Positions 26,169 to 37,570 of a stretch of DNA of 64,000 nucleotides are shown here, one piece after another. Source of the stretch: Phoronis australis (Eukaryota; Animalia; Phoronida); contig NMRA01000277.1 of assembly GCA_002633005.1 (NCBI GenBank), positions 243,127 to 307,126 of the forward strand, in the 5' to 3' direction. Positions within the stretch are counted from its first letter, which is position 1. The number at the start of each line of letters is the position of its first letter. A program made the translations under genes and the position numbers. The notes under the pieces were generated by a model that did no database searches, was not told where the DNA came from, and worked only from the letters and a program-made list of their open reading frames with translations.

Positions 26169-26461
26169 CTGAACACATTGTCCTCCATGTCTTCCCCAAA
26201 TAGCTGCTGTATGCCAGGTGGAGGTGGTTTGAATTTCATTTGCGTGATGCCAGTCCCTTGCACTAGTTTGTCCAACCTCACTGGCTCAGCGACTGCAACG
26301 GTAACTTGGTGACCAAGTTTAACAAGTTCAGTCCCGATCGACGTGTGCTCGTGCATATGACTGTAGAAAGGTGCGGAGACAAACAAGACGCGGTCGCTGT
26401 GAATTTCACGTGGCTGGATCGTCAGCGCAAACACGAACACGTTCAACAAATGTACACCCAT
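26169..26461 (-). CDS. UGT: UDP-glycosyltransferase copy A, exon 1 (signal peptide and N-terminal catalytic His region), open frame
   Basis: MGVHLLNVFVFALTIQPREIHSDRVLFVSAPFYSHM…LGHQVTV; ends AG|GTAAGT in phase 2, matching exon 2; 293 nt, same as copy B. Confidence 0.88.
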
Positions 26462-27138
26462 CTTTCCCGTCTGTTCCCTATACATGTACATGTAGTCTAA
26501 AACAATGCAAAGATATGACTCGAAAGACCATAGCACTCTTCGATTTCAGTTGAACAGCTTTAGATATACCATTGCATGCCACAACGGAGCGTACATGTAC
26601 AATTTATTGTTCGGGTGAACTCTTTTTCTTTGCATTCCTCTGGTTAACTGTTATTCAGACAGTCCAATTTTTGTGACAGTAGTTGAACGCGCGCATATGT
26701 AAATATTTTCAACGCATTTCTATGCACCTGCAGAAAAAAGCTGAACATTATTTATGTTGTGCTCGGGACAATTAGCGAGGTACATGTAGATTGAGGCCAA
26801 GAAGATTATCGTCTCAGTTTGATGGGCCTGAGCCACACATACAACACAGCGCCACCGCATAGCTGAATCATAGGAGACTCAGACCCGTCCTGAGGCTGTG
26901 ATGAAGATTGTAATTAACTTGAACAAAAACATATTTTTAGATATGAAATCTGTTTTGAGAAAATATCGTTGATAGTTTGAGTATGTGTTTCTGGGGAAAT
27001 GGCGTTAATTCATCGTAATTCACCCAGTAGACTGCCACCTGGAAATGGGATTTCAAGGCAAATGTCACAGACATGTGGAATTTGAATTTGTCATGGAGTA
27101 AAGATAAATGTTGAGGCTTAGAAGGCGTGTTTCAAACT

Positions 27139-27440
27139 GGAATATGTACCAAATAAACACAGAAAAGTCAGAAACCCCAACTGGGAATAGAACCACAGAA
27201 CTCTAGATTGCCGGTCTAGTGCTCTCACCGCTGAACTACTGAGGACCCGATATCCGTGTGAAAAAGGCGAAAAGCCGCTCATGGGATGTATGACTTAACA
27301 GTTGGCTGTAAACAGTAATTGCACAGATATCGGGTTTTCAGTAGCTCAGTGGTGAGATCACTATATCGGCAATCTAGAGACACGTGGTTCGATTCCAGTT
27401 TGGGGTTCCTGATCTTTCGGTGTTTATTTGATATATTTCA
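27139..27440. repeat. Palindromic element made of two inverted tRNA-derived arms
   Basis: Arms ~27139-27257 and ~27321-27440 are reverse complements; each has TAGCTCAGTGG-like and GGTTCGATTCC-like boxes. Confidence 0.8.
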
Positions 27441-27511
27441 TTACTGGCCAACCTCAGCGTCTATATATTTACTTTGGAATATGTACATGTACGCCAGACA
27501 AAGTGAACCCA

Positions 27512-28966
27512 CATTACTGCAGCTACTCTGAGAAGAAAGTTTATTTGTGCTATGCAGTACTCCGTGCTCTAATGTGAACCGATCGGAGTCGGGGTTATCA
27601 CAGTAACGGTCGCGGACTCTGCCTCTTATTATAGAAAAATGTTCATCAACACAATCTTGGTTAACACTAATTTTATAAAAGTTGAAAAACATAAATTGTA
27701 TGAAGATGTTCCCAAAGGCCAAGTAAAATCTTTTCAGTTTGTCATCCTTCCAAGCTACATGTAGGTAAAAGCTTACAATTTCTATTTGACTCCATTTCCT
27801 ATTTTAGCCAATGTGCTTGACAGAAAAGTAAATACTTGACTTGAATTGGGAGACAGTGCTCTCTCTTAAAGGCGAAGGCAACCTTTTTCCATGTCATTTT
27901 GAGCTAAAATAAGGTTGGTTGGTTATCCTAGACATATTTTCCACTTAATTACAGCTTTTCGTAATTTTATTAATTACTCGTCCGCTACTGCGGAAGTGAC
28001 GTTTTAGGAGGCAAGCATTTCGCGCCAATGTCTTTTCATATAGTCTGACTGTGAGAGCTGCCGAGTCAGTCATTGTTCTACCTCGGTTGTGTTAAGTTCC
28101 GTCGTCGTTTGCTTTCATTTACTAGTCAGTCAAGATGCCACACTGTTGCTGNTGTAATCTTAACTCAAATTTAACCTGTATCGAGTTGACAGCATAAATA
28201 TTCAGCTTTGATTGATGTAACTGCCACTGATAAACTTTTAGAAATCATTCCAAACAATAATAATGCTGTGATGTACGAAAAGATCCCGATTGCTACGTCC
28301 AGACTCTGACTGGCGACTGACTGCCGCGAAGTCGACATCGGCGAGTGCCTCCGTTAACAGGCATCGGTAGAATAATCATGGAATAATCGTTAAAATGATC
28401 ACAAACCTTACCTTTGTATGAGGTCGTGCTTACTTCCCCTCATAGAAGCACCTTTTTTACGCAATCTCAGATTCAGTTGGCACGGCTGCAAGCCATTTCA
28501 CCATGTATTTAAAGGGCTCGCGATATCGAGGCTGTTAATCTATCACCACTAGTACACGCACGCCCTCTAGTTGTTGTAGGTTTTCCGAATAGCCCCATTA
28601 CTGCAGCTACTCTGAGAAGAAAGTTTATTTGTGCTATACATGTACAGTACTCCGTGCTCTAATGTGAACCGATCGGAGTCGGGGTTATCACAGTAACGGT
28701 CGCGGACTCGGCCTCTTACTATAGAAAAATGTTCATCAACACAATCTTGGTTAACACTATTTTTATAAAAGTTGAAAACCATAAATTGTATGAAGGTGTT
28801 CCCCAAGGCCGAGTAAAATCTTTTCAGTTTGCCATCCTTCCAAGCTACATGTACATGTAGGTAAAAGCTTACAATTTCTATTTGACTTCATTTCCCATTT
28901 TAGCCAATGTGCTTGACAGAAAAGTAAATACTGGACTTGAATTGGGAGACAGCGCTCTCTCTTAAA
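27512..28966 (+). repeat. Near-identical ~360-bp direct duplication (27512-27870 and 28596-28966) across a contig join
   Basis: Both copies run CATTACTGCAGCTACTCTGAG…CTCTCTCTTAAA; single N at 28152 lies between them. Confidence 0.9.
27870..28151. mobile_element. Left TIR of the Kolobok-like family of 36052-37372, truncated at N
   Basis: TTAA|AGGCGAAGGCAACC… colinear with 36052-36333. Confidence 0.85.
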
Positions 28967-30030
28967 GAACACAGATTGATGAACACTGGAGCTAATAAAT
29001 ACAATAAATACATGTATATTGCCATAAGTTTCAACAACCTGGACTGTATTAATAGAATTTCCAGACAAATATAAAGTCGTAATTCTAGCAGCCACGGAAT
29101 GAGACAATACGTGAACTGCCATTGGTACTCTCATGGCCGTTAAATGATGACAGTCTGATGACCTTCACAAAAAATCTAATCTTTTTCATTACAAGAGAAC
29201 AGCAGGCTACATTTTTACAACATAAACACAATTGCACGGTGAAGTAAGAAATCGAACATTTACACTAACATAGTGTTACTTGCCTTAGTTCATTGGTAAC
29301 AATTTATCTTCGACGTGGAGACTACATGTACAACCGTACGCTACAAACAGGTAGGGCTAAATCTCAAGTGCGTTTCAGATCTAAGCATTCCTTGCATATC
29401 CTGCACCCGAGCCGCAGCTTGACTGTATACATGTAATGTATTATCGCACCAAAGTGTTCATGGCCAGTCCACTGAGGGCACCAGTGCACTGACCCTGTAA
29501 CCGAGCTGTGAACATGAAAGATATTTGACGGTAAGCACAACACTACTTCACTCATATTTTTGTAGCATTCCTTGAAAATGGTGTGCAATAGTTCATTAGC
29601 GATCGATGCTCTTACGACCCAGGCTTGGCCTCAGCAATGAGCTAAATACAAGAACAGGTATATTTATCCATTTTAGTCTCAGTACCACGTATTGCTATTG
29701 AAAGGCTTATCACTGATTATACATGTATGTCCTCTTTTTGTTAGTGATCAAGTTTGCAATGAAATTGTAACCACGTCTTTATCTAATTACATGGGTCATT
29801 TGACATATTACACTACTGGCCAACCTCAGAGTCTATTGTATATCTAATTATCACATGTGCTGGGAAATTGCTGATTGTACATAACTGTCCAAATCTCGTG
29901 TGAAAAAGACGAAACGATAAATATTGTTTTAGTCATGACTTAAAATCTAATTTCACTATGAATGGTTTGCAGCACGGGTATCAGAAAAATGATTGAATAA
30001 CCACAGTGAGACCTGCAGGTTGTGCCTTTG

Positions 30031-30626
30031 TACGGTGGCTGTAAAAGGACGACACGGTAACTTGTTTTCTTCGTTGATAACGCTATCGATAGACTTAGTC
30101 ACTCTATCGATAGACTTACAATCTTGATCGATAGACTTAGTAACTCTATCGATAGACTTACTTTCTCTGTCATTACACTCAACTCTCTCGATAGACTTAC
30201 TATATGTGTCGATAGACTTAGTAACTCTGTTGATCATGAGACTTATTATCTCTGTCAATAAAATTATTAACTCTATCGATAGACTTATTAACTCTATCGA
30301 TAGACTTAGTACTAACACTTTTGATAGACTTACTATCTCTCTCGGTAGCGTTAATAACTGTTGGAGGTATGGGAGATATAAATCATCATGGGATTCACAC
30401 AAAATCATTCAACTGTTTAAATAACCCTTGTGCCTGTCACTGTGCCTGTATTGTGGGTCGTGATACTTTGTACATCCTAAACACATTGATGGAGTTAACA
30501 AATCTATCGACAGTGATAGTGGATCTATCGATAGCGATAGTTAGTCTATCAATAGATTTAATAAGTCTATCGACAGAGTTAGCAACGGAGAAAAAGTTGC
30601 CGTGCCATCCTTTTACAGGCACCCTA
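30031..30626. mobile_element. MITE with TAYGG-type (IS3EU-like) termini and an internal ~21-bp tandem array (CTATCGATAGACTTA core)
   Basis: TIR TACGGTGGCTGTAAAAGGA…TCCTTTTACAGGCACCCTA; ~12 forward units at 30081-30350 and ~4 inverted units at 30500-30580. Confidence 0.75.
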
Positions 30627-33029
30627 AAAACGAACCATTTCATCAAAACCAGACATTTGCGACGCCGAAGTCCATAAGTCGCCAAAAACGTGTCACAGTT
30701 ACCTTGTGCTTGGTGACGCTCCAAAACACCGTACATGTATGAGTACCTTTATTATTTCATTTTAATTCAGACCTAGTTTGAAAAAATAGACAATATGCTT
30801 GTTTTGGTCCTCCATATTAATTTGAAACCGAGATAACAACCTCGATATCGTTACACTATCGATAGTCTACCGATAGAGATATTAAGTGTATCGATACAAA
30901 TAGTGTTCACGTATTTCAAACCGGCCTAATTTACTATTAAATTGTAGTCTACACCATTTCGACAAGCGAATGTAAGTGACACAAAAAAAGACCACTGTAG
31001 CAAAAACAATTCTCAAAATTTCTTTTGCAGCTGCAGCCTGTGTGCTGTAGGCTCTTCATTGAAGTTATGTGCATCTTTTCCCGATAGTATTACTTTCAGT
31101 CAGGCTACATTGAATTTTCGGACGAAACACATGTAAATTCCAGGAATACATCCCAGATGACATATTGACGATCTACGTGCTGCCAAAAAAGCGAACATAG
31201 TTCGTGCAACAGGATAGAAAGTTACTTGGATGTTTGAATTAAGTTTTTGTCCTTTCACCAGCTATAAAATGTCCCAAAGCGACATCATTTGACTTGTTCA
31301 TGTCTCCCTCCAATTGCCACATGACCAAACATAAATCCGACAGTGAATTTCAGTAGATTTGCTCTTACACTTTTTATTGTTAACATTTTCAGGCGTAAAA
31401 CATAATTGGTTCTGGTGTAACATTATATTTTGTTGGCTAAGTCCGTTCTTAAGAACACTTTGATCGCCATTTGCAAGCATGCCGGATTGGAACGCCAGTC
31501 CCATGTTTGGTGTCGCCAAATGGGGGTGAAAACGAGAACTTCTCTCGATCAATGAAGAATCCCCCATCACTTTTGCTCATCTGAAGTCGATTTTTTAAAG
31601 GAAGCAACTGAAAAATGTCGCACCCCTGACTCGATTTTTGAAAATAAACAGGCCAGATTAAATTAGGCATTTTTGGCTTAAAACATGCAAGTATAGGCTC
31701 ACACAATTTACCACCACCCTCTCATGCAGAAATTCCCTTCGCTATTTGGATGCCCAGTGCACAACATTTAGAGGGAATTTATTGTGTTTCGTTTAATTCT
31801 TACTTTCAGCTTTTCGGGATATTTTGAACCACTGTGGCAAGGGGCTGACGAACGATGGTTTCATACAGAGGAGCGAGCTTGCCGAGGCACTCGGAGTTTT
31901 AGCCGTGGACATGTACATGTATTATGTCAAGAGTAACGAAGATTGACTGATGGATTCTGTGCATGATGGTGAGAATCGTTGACATTCTGTTTCTGCATAA
32001 TTCTTTTACAGATTAGCCTCAGTTACTCAGCATGGTCATGGTCTCAATTGTGGTGCGTGCTGTACACAAACCGTGTTCTGCTACTTTGTTATATCTCAGA
32101 AAATCAGTTACATGTAGTATAAAAAAATAAATATTAATGAGCCTCGTTTGCATTTTTGTATCTGCTTAGAAAGAGCCCGTCTGCTTTCTCTGTTCAAATC
32201 ACAAACATTCAGTTGGAGTTCAATTTACTGAGAACTTGTTACGCGCCTTATTATCTAATTGTTGCTATTTGCAGGATTGTAATTTTTGCAGAAAGAAAAT
32301 TGATTAATTGGTTGTCTGAATGGAACTTCGGGTGGATTTGGGAATATTGTGCCATCTAGTGGCCATTTTACTGCTTTCGTTTCTCCTTTTGGCGTCCGAT
32401 CCTCTGTCAACATCTCAAAGGACGATTATGGAAATTGGCGTTTATATTCCTACTGCAAAGAGGAAGGCTGGCGATGATTGTCAGACGATAATATCTACTG
32501 TCGCGCCTCCTAGTACGCCACCATCCGACAAATTAAATTTGAGAAATGTGTTTCTGATTACAAGACCAAGCCCAACCTAAATTTTCGGACGTGTTCAAAT
32601 ACTATTTTTTGCGTCCACTGCTGTATCTCATTTACCTTTTGCAAGATCTTTGTGAAAGTTAGGGTGTGTTTCTATGGAGATGGCAACAGATGACAATCGA
32701 CGAGTTTCAGGCTTACAGCTTTGCTCCCAAACGACAAGTTTATTTTTTACATTGGCCTGCGCAAGTTCTTTGTTCCTTAATGCTTTTACATGAAGTTCGG
32801 TAAACAAGTTTCAAGTATGAAGATGACAGTTCTTTTCCATTTTGTGATGAATTCAACGTATTCTGCACCAACAAGTAGTCAATCCAATTATTTTTAGTGC
32901 TTTTTTGTCGTCTGCTTCTGTATCCGTCTGCCAAACTGCACCGAGAATCATCATAAAATTGGCATTTTTCTTCGTACTGACAAGAGTATGACTGACGTGG
33001 ATTTTCCGGTACACATAGTGTGGCCGAAA

Positions 33030-34132
33030 GGCCAACAGTCAGCTTTTTTGGTCTATTGTTCCTTTAAACGAGCTAGACCAGGTTTGAGCAAAATGATCGT
33101 GTCCTTTCCATTTACTTAGCTAGGCATCCTACTTTTACATACATGTATACACGTCAGGGTTTGATCTGTTGTAACCACCACTATTTCAAACGGGTTTGAC
33201 ATCATAGCAACAACGATAGTTTTTTTGCATATAAACTGTTTAAAACGAGTTACTGTGCCGTCACTTTTTAACTTATTGCCTTGCTCTTCTCAAAGGCGGT
33301 ATTTTGCTGATGCTTTGGCAAAATCTGTCAGCCTGCCGGCAAATAAATTGGTGCTTTTATTTCCTTACACCACTGTTGTCTTTAAAGAAATTGTCATTCG
33401 TAACTAAGGTGGTAAACAGAAGGCGTCGGCATCGGAGCTTATTGGTTTTGCTTCAATTACTGCATTAGCGATGACTTCAAGACAATAAAACAATTGTCGA
33501 AATAAACCAAACTATTGTGTAATTTTTTTTTCTATCAAACTGGCCTCGGAAATTGTTTATGAAAAATTACGATAAATATTAGGCAAATACGATGTCTTTG
33601 TTGTGCTTACCGATGGAAGTGTGTTAATGTAATGTCGGACACACAATTGGTTTACCATCTGTGAGCATCAACAAAAGATTGCAAGAAGGATTTAACAATA
33701 AAAAACTTGTTACCTGACCATAAAAGTCCTTTCTTGTAGAGGTGAAACTATACGCCGTACATTTTTGACTATACCAAATACATAGGTAAATAAAACAACA
33801 AGAATGGATCAACTGAAATTTTCGGATATAATAACATCCTTCGTCAAGAGAAAGAGAAACAGAAATATTTCTCTTCCATTTACACATTCCGAGAAAGAAG
33901 GAGTTAAATGTGTGAACGGTTTTCCTTCGTGTGAGAAATACCATGCAAACTCATGAAATATGACGTCGCTTTCGCAAAATGTGACAACGGTAAACTTCTT
34001 TCATGTGCATTCGACGTATATTGTAACAATTACATAAAATGTAACAACTTGTTACACTTTTGGAGTGGTCTAGCAACCTAAAATGTAACAACAATATAAA
34101 ATGTAACAGTTGTTACGTTTTATTGCGTATCA
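33030..34132. mobile_element. Old non-autonomous DNA transposon with TGTAACA/TGTTACA subterminal repeats; inverted homologue of ~45265-46360
   Basis: AAATAAATTGGTGCTTTTATTTCC vs GGAAATAAAAGCACGCATTTATTT; terminus …GCGTATCA at 34132 is also seen at 47340. Confidence 0.7.
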
Positions 34133-34874
34133 GAGCACAATTAAATTTGGCACAGTTTACTCAAATTTACTCCACCAGGAGACTGCACACCAGCCGTGAA
34201 ATGTACATCAACGTTTTTAGCGTTCTTTGCGGCCTGTATCGTTGTATACGGATTGGCTCTGCTGTCCCGTATTTCACATTAAATAACGTGAAAAACACAA
34301 ATTTTCACATTTATGTGATAAAGGTAATTTACCAAGAACAGTATCTACAAATGCACTGAGTAGCAAGGTTTGATAGCGGGTTTAACATGTGGACAGGTAT
34401 ACAAGATTGGGAAATAAAGATTTGTTTAGTTTTAATCTGTTCTTAAAACGGCGATTAGTACGGTACGTCTGACTTGGCGGCACAAAAAAGGTAGTTAAGT
34501 TGGATAATGAATCACATGTCCACAAGAACACCAGTTTCCTAACTGCGTCCTTGTGAAGGAAATGACAATTTGTCTTAACGAGTTGTAAAATTTTTCACCA
34601 ATATGCAAATTGGTGCGGGAATTATCGACTATTTTTTAGTTTGCAATATCTACGCATGAGTGTATTTGTGTTTTGAAGCTCAAGCATTATTATTAAATCA
34701 TTAGCAAATTAACTCCTTGTTTTTACATTCATTCAGTTGAACGATTAAGTTTTTCTTCTTCATAGATGGACTGGACCCTGTGAAATGTATGAAAAAGAAA
34801 CACCGCTCAAGTTTGAATTTTCATTCGTCGTTTACGAAAGTAGAAACCAACCAATGTCCTTATTGGTCTTCAAG

Positions 34875-35021
34875 CAGTACTGTAGTGGGGCGCAGGCGCA
34901 CGTAGGCGCAGCCAACCACCTTTTGGCATTTAAAAGTAGCGCCTAAGTTAGGTTCAGTGGTCGAGGTGATACGAAGGACTTTGAGCGCCTACTTACCTCT
35001 AATTTTACCACTACAGCACTG
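34875..35021. mobile_element. hAT MITE
   Basis: TIR CAGTACTGTAGTGG…CCACTACAGCACTG with a perfect 8-bp TSD TCTTCAAG. Confidence 0.9.
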
Positions 35022-36051
35022 TCTTCAAGTACAATTGAGCGGTAAAATTTACCAAATTGCATTATTCGATGAATTCCCACCCAGTGAAGCAGAAGTCATG
35101 TTGTTTACCAGGTGCTTTTAAAGTTTTTTTTGTACAGATTTTGAATTTCTAATGCTGTCAAAGCATTTCTTCTTTCGTTTCAAAGTCACAAAAATGATAT
35201 GTCAAGTTACCGTCACTTTGTCAATTTTCTCCCACACGACATACATGTACAGTGTAGCACGTCTCTGCACTTTATGGTAAGATTTTGACGAAGCACATTT
35301 CTCTATTTTTAATGAAAACGCAATATGTGACCTATAATGCAACATAGTCAGTGACGACTTTCCGATTTCTTTGAGTGCATGCGCTCACATATGTTGCTAG
35401 GGGCGGGTTGTCATAAAACTCTATGTACTAGATGGAAGAGTTTGTACTTCGTCTGTTTTCCGAATGTAATAAAAACCTGGTGATATGTTTTTAAAATTCT
35501 TGCAATACACAAAGTCAGCGACTTTAAAAAGTCTTGAGTCTTAAGCTCCAAACAAGTGCTTCAGAAAAATAATAAAATCTTGCGTGAGCAACACTGCAAA
35601 GTTTCTCAGGATACACACATACGCGCCCGCACACGTAGTTATAAGTGGAATTTTAGAAACTGTACATCGTGCTGTATGTCAGTTAAATATCTGTTGATCA
35701 TTTAATCGATAGCTGAAGCTACCCCTTGCCTTGGGCGTGGGCGATAAAGGTGCTTCTGAGAATTTCATCCATTATGGTAATAGCCATTTAAAATCAAAAT
35801 ATTGTATCTATTTTCCTTTCTTTTCACGCCAGAATCAACACATGTGACGATATAAAGTACGAACGTGTCTAAAGCTGAGATGTGACCAGGATCCCATCCA
35901 CACCCACATTGGAGAAACCAAGAGACCGTTCCTTACAAGATTCAAAGAACACAAGAAACTAGACAGACCTACAGCTGTGGGGGAACACATACATGTATGG
36001 GCGACTGGACATTCCATCTCCCTCGCGTCATCCAAGATCTTAGACAATTAA

Positions 36052-37372
36052 AGGCGAATGCAACCTTTTTTCATGTCATTTTTAGCAAAAATGGGGTTCG
36101 TTGATTATTCCAGACATATTTTTCACTTATTTACAGCTTTTCGTAATATAATTAATTACTCGTCGTCTACTCCGGAAGTTACGTTTTGGGAGGCAAGAAT
36201 TTCGCGCCAATTTCTTTTCATACAGTCTGACTGTGAGAGCACTCGAGTCGGGCATTGTTCTACCTCGGTTGTGATAAGTTCGGTCGTCGTTTGCTTTTGT
36301 TTACGAGTCAGTCAACATGCCACGCTGTTGCTGCCTACCGAGATGTACTCATTATCGTCTCACGTACAAAGGAAGAACTGTCCCACTTGCCCGAGTGTCC
36401 CGCGACACACTTCCAGTGGATGATGACTTGAGCACCCAAACTGCTTACATCCCGCAGTGTGACTCCCTCGTCACACACGTGACACCTTCTAAATAGCTCC
36501 AATACAAGTCCACAAGAAAACTTATCAAACTTAGGCTTACCGATCTGTTCATTGGATGACGAACTGACCTTTTCACTGGGTGTCAAACTGGGCCTGTATT
36601 CACTCCCACTACTCAACATCGCTGCAGGGCTGCTTACAGGCTCTGGGCTAGAGACAACAGCACGCGGGGAATCACTACTAGTTCCTGGAATTGCACGCTA
36701 TGGGATAAGTTCGGAGGCATGGTTGACAGTAGATGAAGTGCCTCCAGTCACTGTATATACATGTAGTGGCCACAGCTCGCGAAGCTTCTCGCTTCAAAAA
36801 CGCACTTCTCGGGGGTGGCGACGGGGCACTGCCGGGAATCAACAGCGACGGTATGGAACCGTTCTTCAGGCGTTGTTTCACAGGGACCTTCATCAATTCA
36901 GCGTACATATCTCTGTCGTAATCTGACGGCTGAAAATGCTTGCCACTGCTTTGTACGTTGCGTGAACGGGAAGCGCTGCGTTCTTCACATGAGCGAGCTA
37001 GCCAAGTACGGCGATGTGTCATCCTTCGGAAAGCGATACAAAGGTACTCCCAAAGCGCGCGTGAGACGATGATGAGTACTTCCTGGTACGCTGCAACAGT
37101 GTGGCATGTTGACTGACTCGTAAACAAAAGCAAACGACGACCGGACTTATCACAACAGAGGTAGAACAATGACTGACTCGACTGCTCTCACAGTCAGACT
37201 GTATGAAAACAAATTGGCCCGAAATTCTTGCCTCCCAAAACGTCACTTCCGGAGTAGAGCACGAGAAATTAATTAAATTAAGAAAAGTTGTAATTAAGTG
37301 AAAAATATGTCTGGGATAATCAACAGACCTTGTTTTTGCTAAAAGTGAAATGAAAAAAGGTTGCCTTCGCCT
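36052..37372 (-). mobile_element. Internally deleted Kolobok-like transposon with ~315-bp TIRs
   Basis: TTAA TSD (36048-51, 37373-76); long TIRs; minus-strand fragments resemble THAP (KHFQPSDYDRDMYAELM…LKNGSIPSL) and transposase (LELFRRCHVC…IHWKCVAGHSGKWDSS). Confidence 0.88.
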
Positions 37373-37527
37373 TTAAAGAACAAGATTGGTATGCTCGCAT
37401 GTTAAAAGAGTCCATAAACATCAACACTCAGCACCCTCTCTTGAACGGGACCAAGGTATCCACTGTACATGTACATGTACCTCCTGTGTATTCGAATATT
37501 AACAAGCGGAAGGCGGGAAACTCCTCA

Positions 37528-37570
37528 CTCATTGATAAAGACTTGGCGGACCAGGTTGAAACGTCTGCAC
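37528..37570 (+). ncRNA. Degenerate minimal hammerhead ribozyme of the Penelope-like element
   Basis: TTGATAA-A-GACTTGG-CGGA-CCAGGTT-GAAAC-GTC fits CUGAUGA-stem II-GAAAC-GUC with two core substitutions. Confidence 0.55.

Noticed and set aside
26555-26575. TATA-like GTATATCTAAAG upstream of A exon 1 (GTATATTTGAAG in B)
   Set aside because: Weak match, an N directly adjoins it in B, and a non-coding upstream exon cannot be excluded.
27441-28806. Two similar ORFs (…VNQDCVDEHFSI.RGRVRDRYCDNPDSDRF…) as a small gene family
   Set aside because: They simply reflect the near-identical 360-bp duplication; no recognisable domain or splice structure.
29956-30736. CRISPR-like array or coiled-coil ORFs
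   Set aside because: Linkers are only ~6 nt, there are no cas genes, the context is eukaryotic, and the array is bounded by TIRs.
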